32,000 bases of DNA, taken from the NCBI RefSeq assembly GCF_000195975.1, contig NC_005070.1, forward strand, positions 420,001 through 452,000, read 5' to 3'. Origin of the DNA: Parasynechococcus marenigrum WH 8102. Lineage in GTDB: Bacteria > Cyanobacteriota > Cyanobacteriia > PCC-6307 > Cyanobiaceae. Below are positions 25,643-32,000 of this stretch, in pieces. The notes below the pieces were generated by a model that saw only the letters and a list, made by a program, of their open reading frames with translations, had not been told where the DNA came from and did no database searches. Position numbers and translations under genes: made by a program. The number at the start of each line of letters is the position of its first letter. Position 1 is the stretch's first letter.

Positions 25643-27312
25643 AAATAGATTACTCACTTTCAGAAATTTCTGCATTCCGTTCTATTCGGGATAATCAGAC
25701 TCTAGATTCTTCTTCTAGACGCATCCGTTTTGTGTCTAATTATTCTATTCAATATCTTGAATGGGCTTTGGCTGGTCACTTATCGTTCGATTTGCGAGCT
25801 CATTTTTTTATTGATGAATCTTATTTTGATGACTTCTTTACTTATACTCCAGACCCCAGCAATCTTTCAGACATCCTTGTTATTACTCTTAGTTTAGATC
25901 TTCTCAAATCTTCCCCTTTTTTAGAGGGTTCTTCTGATCCTTCTTGTATACACGACTATATAGTTTCAAGGCTTAACTTCTTTAGTTCCTTTGCATTTCA
26001 GCATGTTTATTTTGTTTTGCCCGAATTGGATTCTGAACCTGTATCGATTTTCACATCTTCTTTTGATTGGAACTTTGTGTTTCGTCCAAAGCTTTACCAT
26101 TACTCGATTAAATGTGGGATAGTTCCAATTGTTATTGATGATATCTTTATTAACGGGTCTAAGCCTATGACTAACAGTTTTCTAAGAACTAGCTCCATTG
26201 CAATAGATCCTTTTTACGTTGGTTCTGTTGCCCTTCGTATTTCTATGGAGGTTTTAAATCGAATTTTACCTATAACAAAGCTGATAGCTGTTGACTTTGA
26301 TAATACTCTTTGGCAGGGTACTATCGCAGAAGATGGTGTTGAAAATATTAAATTGCCCGATAACTATTTTCGCTTCCAACATTTTCTATTGGAAGCCGTT
26401 CGCAAAGGAATTGTTCTTATTGGTGTTACTAAAAATTATCCATCTGTGGTAAATAATGTTTTTGATATTCGTACTGACTTTCCTTTGAGTACGTCTTCTT
26501 TTTATAAAATATACTCAGGCTGGGACAGTAAATACTCTTATATCTTCAATTGTCTTGGAGAACTAAACCTAACCAACTCTGGCATTATTTTTCTTGATGA
26601 TTCATCTCTAGAGCGTGAAGAGATGAACATCTATTCATCCGAGATTGAAGCCCCTGTCTTGGACTTTTCTTGTGATATTGTTCAACAGCTTTTATTCAAT
26701 TCTTGCGTTAGATTGACCTCTTCAACCGCTGAGGATGAGAATAGAAATAAATTTTATCTGGAAAACTCAAAGAGAAACTTACTAGTCGACCGGCATCTGA
26801 CGAAGTCTGAGATTAACAATAAACTTCAATTGTGTTTACATTCTTTTGTTGTATCAGACCCTTCAGATATTACCCGTGCAATTCAACTTATTAATAAAAC
26901 AAATCAATTTAATGTTTCTACCTCCCGTATCACTAAAGAGCAGTTCGATAATTTTTCTGCTCAAGGTCACGTTTTTCTTGCATATCGTCTTTCAGATTCT
27001 GTTGGCGATTACGGTATTATTGCGATTGTGCAGATTCAACCTTGTCCATTCAGTATCATTTCTTTTGTGATGTCTTGTCGAGCTATGGGTAGAAAAGTCG
27101 AATCTGCAATATTCTTTGATCTGCAAAGCCGCTTTCACCCCGACTATTTTAAACTTATCTATATAGAGTCACCGAAAAATAAAATTCTTCCAGATATCTT
27201 TGCTGAACTTCAATTTAACTTAGATGGAAATATGTTTACTGCAGATGCGGCCTTGTTTGCACGTAATGAATGTTTATTCTCCATGAATTTATCTCAAGAT
27301 TTGGTGCCTTGA
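25639..27312 (+). CDS. FkbH-like HAD-IIIC family protein (candidate glyceryl-ACP-forming phosphatase/loader)
   Basis: VDFDNTLWQGTIAEDG matches the HAD-IIIC/FkbH motif DxDNTLWxGxxGEDG. LINKTNQFNVSTSR matches the conserved NQFN segment. There is an ATGA overlap with the upstream GNAT-like gene. Confidence 0.8.
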   Translation: MKIDYSLSEISAFRSIRDNQTLDSSSRRIRFVSNYSIQYLEWALAGHLSFDLRAHFFIDESYFDDFFTYTPDPSNLSDILVITLSLDLLKSSPFLEGSSDPSCIHDYIVSRLNFFSSFAFQHVYFVLPELDSEPVSIFTSSFDWNFVFRPKLYHYSIKCGIVPIVIDDIFINGSKPMTNSFLRTSSIAIDPFYVGSVALRISMEVLNRILPITKLIAVDFDNTLWQGTIAEDGVENIKLPDNYFRFQHFLLEAVRKGIVLIGVTKNYPSVVNNVFDIRTDFPLSTSSFYKIYSGWDSKYSYIFNCLGELNLTNSGIIFLDDSSLEREEMNIYSSEIEAPVLDFSCDIVQQLLFNSCVRLTSSTAEDENRNKFYLENSKRNLLVDRHLTKSEINNKLQLCLHSFVVSDPSDITRAIQLINKTNQFNVSTSRITKEQFDNFSAQGHVFLAYRLSDSVGDYGIIAIVQIQPCPFSIISFVMSCRAMGRKVESAIFFDLQSRFHPDYFKLIYIESPKNKILPDIFAELQFNLDGNMFTADAALFARNECLFSMNLSQDLVP

Positions 27313-27521
27313 TCCTTAAGTCTAGCGATTTACGTTTCTTTTTGCTTTCTTTGTTGCTTGTAACTCGTAGCCTGTGGTGAACTATTTTCTCCTGTGTTTT
27401 GATTTTATATCATCTGTCCATATTCGTCTAAGAGTATTCTCCTCATGTTGTTGTTGATTCTTTTGCCTGTATGATTTCACATTCGACTTTTGGTGTTTGT
27501 ATATCTTACTCGTAGTTTTTT

Positions 27522-28502
27522 ATGAGGATTGCTATTGCTGGCACGGGTTCTATTGGACGTCGCCATGTTGAGCAACTAATGCTTTTAATCCCTGATATTA
27601 GTTGGGTTTTTGTTCGTGATTGTGTTCGCAATGATGTCTTCGCTGAGTCTCTAAAGGCTGAATTGGTCCCTAATCTGCAAGCAGCTTTGGATATCCCTCT
27701 TGATGCTTTGATTATCGCCAATCCTTCGTCTCTTCACGCTGAGTTTGTGTTAAGTGCCTTACAGTTTGGGTTGCCAATGTATATAGAGAAACCAGTGGCA
27801 ATAAGCTTGTTGCAAATAGAGTCTCTACAGCAATGTCTTTCTGCTGCCAGTAAGGTGCCAGTTACCCAGGTTGGCTGTAACCTTAGGTTTCTACCTTCCC
27901 TGCAGCGGCTTAAGCAACTTATTTGTGCTGGTGTCATAGGACGAGTGGTGAGGGCTTCCTTTGATGCTGGTCAGTGGCTACCCGATTGGCGACCCCAGCA
28001 AGATCATCGTGAAAGCTATAGTGCTGATCCCGCTCGGGGAGGGGGGGTATTGTTTGACCTGATTCATGAAATTGATGCCGCTTATTGGATTCTTGGTGAA
28101 TTAACCCCTTTGGCTTGTGCTGTCGAGAATGTTCCGCGTCTTGAGATAAAGTCAGAGTCAGTTGCAACAGCCCTTTTGCGGGCTCATAGTGGTGCACTTG
28201 TCCAGATTGGCCTAGACTATGTCTCTCGATCTCCCCTGCGTCGTTATCAGTTTGTGGGTGAAACTGGCACCTTGGTTTGGGACTTGTCTGCAAAAGTCCT
28301 GTCTCTTCATACTGCTGATAGAAGTCAAATTTTAGATTCTGGCGATAGTGGCTTTGATGTTTCTTCTACTTACTACTCTGCAATGAAGGCATTCGTCGAG
28401 AGCTTGCTGACGCAACAGCAGCAAGTTCACCCTCTGTCTGAGGGCCTTGCTGTTTCAGCAATTACAGTTGGTCTTAAACGAATGGCATTAGTCCAATGTT
28501 GA
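27522..28502 (+). CDS. Gfo/Idh/MocA-family NAD(P)-dependent oxidoreductase
   Basis: The N-terminal Rossmann motif is MRIAIAGTGSIGRRHV, followed by the EKP motif (YIEKPVA). The length is typical at ~325 aa. Confidence 0.8.
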   Translation: MRIAIAGTGSIGRRHVEQLMLLIPDISWVFVRDCVRNDVFAESLKAELVPNLQAALDIPLDALIIANPSSLHAEFVLSALQFGLPMYIEKPVAISLLQIESLQQCLSAASKVPVTQVGCNLRFLPSLQRLKQLICAGVIGRVVRASFDAGQWLPDWRPQQDHRESYSADPARGGGVLFDLIHEIDAAYWILGELTPLACAVENVPRLEIKSESVATALLRAHSGALVQIGLDYVSRSPLRRYQFVGETGTLVWDLSAKVLSLHTADRSQILDSGDSGFDVSSTYYSAMKAFVESLLTQQQQVHPLSEGLAVSAITVGLKRMALVQC

Positions 28503-29197
28503 CGATTGCAACCATTTGTGCTCGTGGAGGCTCCCAAGGTGTTCCGGGCAAAAACATACGCCCGTTGCTTGGACAGCCATTGATTGTTCACACCATTCAG
28601 CAGGCTATTTCCCATCTTGAGATCGATCGCGTCTTTGTTTCAACTGACTCAGTCGACATTGCCGCTGTGGCTCGTTCCGCTGGTGCAGAGGTACCATTTA
28701 TTCGTCCAAGCGAGTTGTCAGGTCATTCTGCACCGAAGCATCCAGTGATAGAACACCTGGTAGATTGGGTTGCTGAACATGTTGGTCCTGTATCACGTAT
28801 AGTTGATCTTGATCCAACGTCGCCTCTCCGCAACGCTTCTGATATTTCCGCTTGTTTGGATCTTCTTGATGCGAACACCGATGTTGTAATCACAGGCTAT
28901 GAAGCTGAGAAAAATCCTTATTTCAACATGGTAGAGCTGAGCGGAGATCACGGTTGTGTTCAAGTCGTCAAGACCCTTCCTGCTGATGTTACATCTCGTC
29001 AGCAAGCCCCCCGTGTTTACGCTATGAATGCTTCGATTTATTGTTGGCATTATCATTCTCTCGCCCTCGGGCTATGGCAGGGAAGAGCGAGGTTACATGT
29101 GATGCCGCGAGTTCGTTCTGTTGATATCGATGAGCTAATAGATTTTCAACTGGTTGAATTGCTCATGCGTCAACAACAGCAGGAGCTTAATCGATGA
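28496..29197 (+). CDS. Acylneuraminate (nonulosonate) cytidylyltransferase, NeuA/LegF family
   Basis: ICARGGSQGVPGKNIRPLLGQPLIVHTI matches the IPARGGSKGIPxKN motif of CMP-NeuAc synthetases. DPTSPLR is also present. It overlaps the upstream gene by 7 nt. Confidence 0.85.
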   Translation: MLTIATICARGGSQGVPGKNIRPLLGQPLIVHTIQQAISHLEIDRVFVSTDSVDIAAVARSAGAEVPFIRPSELSGHSAPKHPVIEHLVDWVAEHVGPVSRIVDLDPTSPLRNASDISACLDLLDANTDVVITGYEAEKNPYFNMVELSGDHGCVQVVKTLPADVTSRQQAPRVYAMNASIYCWHYHSLALGLWQGRARLHVMPRVRSVDIDELIDFQLVELLMRQQQQELNR

Positions 29198-30189
29198 ACG
29201 TACTTGTCACTGGTGCTGATGGTTTTATCGGTTCTCACCTTGTTGAGGCATTATTAGTTTCTGGACATCATGTGCGTGCTTTTTGTCTTTATAACTCCAA
29301 CGGTAGTTGGGGCTGGTTGGATACTTTGCCGGAATCCGTCAAGGCTGAGCTAGAGGTTGTTCTGGGTGATATCCGTGATCCTCTCTTTGTCAGAGAAGCA
29401 ATGACCGGCTGTGATCAGGTTTTCCACCTGGCAGCCTTGATTGCTATTCCTTACAGTTATCTTGCCCCCGCTAGCTATGTGGATACCAACATTCATGGCA
29501 CCTTGAATGTTGTCCAGGCTGCCCGTGATTTGGGTGTTAGCCGCGTTGTTCATACCTCAACTTCTGAAACCTACGGCTCTGCCCAGTTTGTACCGATTAC
29601 AGAAGAGCATCCGCAGGTTGGTCAGTCGCCCTATGCCGCCAGCAAGATCGGTGCCGATCAGATAGCACTGAGCTATTGGCGTAGTTTTCAAACACCTGTT
29701 TCAGTTTTACGACCGTTCAATACCTACGGCCCACGTCAGAGTGCCCGTGCTGTTATCCCGACGATCATCACGCAAGTCGCCGCTGGCCAGCGTCAAATCC
29801 GTTTAGGGGCTCTCTCGCCAACGCGTGATTTCAACTTTGTTGCTGATACCTGTGCTGCCTTTCAGGCCATCGCTGATTGTGATCCTGCACTTGGTCAGGT
29901 TGTGAATGCTGCCAGCAACTTTGAGATTTCAATTGGGGATACGGCTTCGTTGATCGGTGAGGTGATGAATGTTCAGCTAGAGATCTTGACGGATGAACAG
30001 AGAATGCGGCCGGAGGGTTCAGAGGTGAATCGTTTGTTTGGTGATAACACCCTCTTGCGTCAGCTCACTGGATGGAAGCCGGTTTATGGCGGCCTCGATG
30101 GCTTTCGACGTGGTTTGGCTCAAACCGCAGAATGGTTCAGTGATCCTGCCAACCTTGCGCGTTATCGCCCTGGCACTTATGCGGTCTGA
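29194..30189 (+). CDS. legB: NAD-dependent sugar-nucleotide 4,6-dehydratase, LegB-like
   Basis: VLVTGADGFIGSHLVEALL..GH.VRAF..YNSNGSWGWLD closely resembles my recollection of the Campylobacter LegB N-terminus (YNSFNxWGxL). STSETYG and YAASK (YxxxK) are present. The symbol is tentative. Confidence 0.65.
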   Translation: MNVLVTGADGFIGSHLVEALLVSGHHVRAFCLYNSNGSWGWLDTLPESVKAELEVVLGDIRDPLFVREAMTGCDQVFHLAALIAIPYSYLAPASYVDTNIHGTLNVVQAARDLGVSRVVHTSTSETYGSAQFVPITEEHPQVGQSPYAASKIGADQIALSYWRSFQTPVSVLRPFNTYGPRQSARAVIPTIITQVAAGQRQIRLGALSPTRDFNFVADTCAAFQAIADCDPALGQVVNAASNFEISIGDTASLIGEVMNVQLEILTDEQRMRPEGSEVNRLFGDNTLLRQLTGWKPVYGGLDGFRRGLAQTAEWFSDPANLARYRPGTYAV

Positions 30190-30192
30190 GAC

Positions 30193-31404
30193 ATGACAAC
30201 TCTTGGAGCTGCCAACGTGGATTCTGTTCTTGAGGCCATTCAACAGGTGGTGGGTCCCAGCTCAAAGGAGCATCCCATCAGCTTGCATGAACCTGATTTT
30301 ACTGGCACCCAGGCCTGGGCCTACGTTAAGGAGTGCCTTGATTCCGGCTGGGTGAGCACAGCAGGCAGCTGGGTGAGTCGTTTTGAGGAAGAGCTGTGCA
30401 CCTTTACTGGTGCAAGCCATGCGGTGGTTGTCAGCAATGGCACTGTCGCGCTGCGCTTGGCTCTGCATCTGGTGGGGGTTGGTTACAGCGATGAAGTGTT
30501 GTTACCTCCGTTGAGTTTTGTTGCTACGGCCAATGCCGTTGCTCATCTGGGGGCTTTTCCTCATTTTGTTGACGTCGCGCCTAACGCGCTAGGGATGTGT
30601 CCCATTTCCTTGGCTGCTCGTCTGGAGACCATTGCGGAGCGACGCGAAGACATTCTGGTGAATAGAGAAACAGGGCGTCGTATAGCTGCGGTGTTGCCTG
30701 TGCATGTGTTCGGCCACCCGGCTGAGGTAGATCAGCTCCTGGCAGTGTCTGACTCCTGGGGGCTACCACTGGTTGAAGATGCTGCTGAAGCCCTCGCGAG
30801 CTGGCGAGGAAGCACTCATTGCGGTCTCTTTGGGGCGGTGGGCACACTCAGCTTCAACGGAAACAAGTTGATTACAACTGGAGGTGGTGGTGCTCTGCTC
30901 ACCAATGACGCCGACTTAGCCAAGCGTGCACGTCACTTGTCCACTACCGCAAAGCAGCCTCACCCTTGGGCTTTTGACCACGACGCCATCGGCTGGAATG
31001 ACCGACTGCCCAACCTCAATGCCGCACTTGGTGTAGCCCAGCTAGAGGATTTGGATCGTCGGCTTGATGCCAAACGTCAGCTTGCTCAGCGCTATGCAGA
31101 TGCCTTTGCTGATTTGGAGGGTGTGGAGTTGGTGGCCGAACCAACAGATTGCATCAGTAACCATTGGTTGGTGAGCTTACGCTTTACGGCAGAAGATCCA
31201 CGAGCTGTACAAGCTGAGCGGTTGCAGCTACTCGAACGTGCACACTCAGTAGGTCTGTTGCTGCGCCCAATCTGGACCCCATTGCATCAGCTCCCCATTT
31301 ACGAGGCTTGCCCTGCAGGATCACTTGTTGTGTCCGAGAACCTGGCACCGCGTCTCGTCAACCTGCCAAGTAGCCCTCAGCTCCTGGACGGATGTGCGGC
31401 ATGA
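30193..31404 (+). CDS. legC: DegT/DnrJ/EryC1/StrS-family PLP-dependent sugar aminotransferase, LegC-like
   Basis: Family pattern including SFNGNKLITTGGGGALLT (PLP-lysine segment) and HVFGHP. It sits between the dehydratase and acetyltransferase genes, as in leg/pgl-type pathways. The symbol is tentative. Confidence 0.7.
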   Translation: MTTLGAANVDSVLEAIQQVVGPSSKEHPISLHEPDFTGTQAWAYVKECLDSGWVSTAGSWVSRFEEELCTFTGASHAVVVSNGTVALRLALHLVGVGYSDEVLLPPLSFVATANAVAHLGAFPHFVDVAPNALGMCPISLAARLETIAERREDILVNRETGRRIAAVLPVHVFGHPAEVDQLLAVSDSWGLPLVEDAAEALASWRGSTHCGLFGAVGTLSFNGNKLITTGGGGALLTNDADLAKRARHLSTTAKQPHPWAFDHDAIGWNDRLPNLNAALGVAQLEDLDRRLDAKRQLAQRYADAFADLEGVELVAEPTDCISNHWLVSLRFTAEDPRAVQAERLQLLERAHSVGLLLRPIWTPLHQLPIYEACPAGSLVVSENLAPRLVNLPSSPQLLDGCAA

Positions 31405-32000
31405 AGCAGCTTCTGCTGATTGGTTGCGGTGGCCATGCTCGATCACTCATTGAGCTGATTGAATCGTCTTCGGAGTGGCAGATATATGGGTTGGTGGGAT
31501 TGCCAGAGCAGGTTGGTCGTCGAGTTCTCGGTTACCCGGTGATTGGCTGTGATGACGACTTACCATCGCTGCGTGAGAAATGCTCGGCTGCGGTGTTGGC
31601 GATCGGTCAGGTACCAGATGCTGCTCCACGTGTTCGCCTTGCCGAACAGCTTGATCAGTTTGGTTTTCAATTCCCTGTTTTGATATCACCCCATGCGGTG
31701 GTTAGCAGTCATGTGCAGCTTGGCCTTGGAACTACCTTGGGCCATGGTGTGATCGTGAATGCAGGCGCGGTTATCGGTGATCATTGCATCATTAATAGTC
31801 GCGCATTGGTTGAACACGATGTGCAAATAGGTCATCACTGTCATATAAGCACCGGAGTTTTGGTTAATGGAGGAGTACAGATTGGATCCGAAAGCTTCAT
31901 TGGCAGTGGTGCCATTATTCGAGAAGGGCTGATTTTGCCTCCCCTATCGGTGATTGGGGCCGGTAAACGCGTTATGGGTTGGCCTTTAAGGGATCAATGA
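31392..32000 (+). CDS. NeuD/PglD-family hexapeptide-repeat sugar N-acetyltransferase (LegH-like)
   Basis: The N-terminus is LLLIGCGGHARSLIELI (Rossmann-like NeuD head). Left-handed beta-helix hexapeptide repeats follow (IGDHCIINSRALVEHDVQIGHHCHISTGVLVNGGVQIGSESFIGSGAII). The stop codon is the last three bases of the window. Confidence 0.8.
   Translation: MCGMKQLLLIGCGGHARSLIELIESSSEWQIYGLVGLPEQVGRRVLGYPVIGCDDDLPSLREKCSAAVLAIGQVPDAAPRVRLAEQLDQFGFQFPVLISPHAVVSSHVQLGLGTTLGHGVIVNAGAVIGDHCIINSRALVEHDVQIGHHCHISTGVLVNGGVQIGSESFIGSGAIIREGLILPPLSVIGAGKRVMGWPLRDQ

Larger units (their letters stand above)
7065..27521. other. Low-GC accessory glycan-diversification block (putatively horizontally acquired; no mobility genes seen)
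   Basis: Hand counts of 60-nt samples gave 37% GC at 7233-7292 and 35% at 20101-20160. The flank gave 55% at 1-60, 62% at 6241-6300 and 60% at 6661-6720. Codon usage switches abruptly to A/T-ending codons. Confidence 0.6.

Noticed and set aside
21459-27070. Internal alternative-frame ORFs inside larger genes (21459..21653 in the GT8-like gene; 25154..25339 minus strand; 26846..27070 in the FkbH-like gene).
   Set aside because: They are short, low-complexity, Leu/Ile/Phe-rich translations lying wholly within genes that carry clear family motifs.
1-32000. I searched by eye for CRISPR arrays, tRNA/rRNA genes, integrases or transposases, insertion-sequence inverted repeats, and direct repeats flanking the low-GC block.
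   Set aside because: I found none. Only trivial short repeats turned up, such as ACTCGTAG twice in the 27313-27521 spacer. A computational repeat, tRNA and covariance-model scan would be needed to exclude small elements.

Overview
This is a 32-kb cell-surface glycan locus made of three compositional blocks. GC values are my own hand counts of single 60-nt samples.

(1) 1-7064 is GC-rich (55-62%). A minus-strand operon runs galE, then a wza-like exporter, a Wzz/Wzc-like co-polymerase and a signal-peptide protein that runs off the left edge. It is divergent from plus-strand gmd-fcl (GDP-L-fucose synthesis).

(2) About 7065-27521 is strongly AT-rich (35-37% GC). It holds about 20 tightly packed, often translationally coupled genes, all but one on the plus strand, and I saw no integrase, transposase or tRNA.
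- An HMGL/DmpG-type aldolase fused to an MptE/DUF115-like domain, a KdsB-family cytidylyltransferase and a HAD phosphatase.
- An MsbA/PglK-type ABC exporter and a Cst/DUF115-like putative transferase.
- Methyltransferases, a 2OG-Fe(II)-oxygenase-like protein and an SDR.
- A WbuX/PseA-type N-acetyl-sugar amidotransferase with HisH/HisF-like partners.
- A GT8-like transferase and a NodB-type deacetylase (the only minus-strand gene).
- A methyltransferase-ACP-MaoC-GNAT-FkbH cassette in which two adjacent genes look frameshifted.

(3) 27522-32000 has intermediate GC. It encodes a Gfo/Idh/MocA oxidoreductase, a NeuA-family cytidylyltransferase, a LegB-like dehydratase, a LegC-like aminotransferase and a NeuD/PglD-like acetyltransferase. 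These are the early steps and the CMP-activation step of a legionaminic-type nonulosonic-acid pathway. The NeuC/NeuB-type steps are not in the window.

I saw no rRNA, tRNA, CRISPR array or mobile-element gene. The best candidates for something undescribed are:
- A possible pyruvate-aldolase-based (KdsA/NeuB-independent) ulosonic-acid synthesis, activation and transfer module at 7233-13045.
- An ACP/FkbH-dependent acyl-decoration cassette at 21902-27312.

Composition and gene content resemble a marine picocyanobacterium, but that is only an impression. All family calls rest on motif recognition by eye, not on searches.
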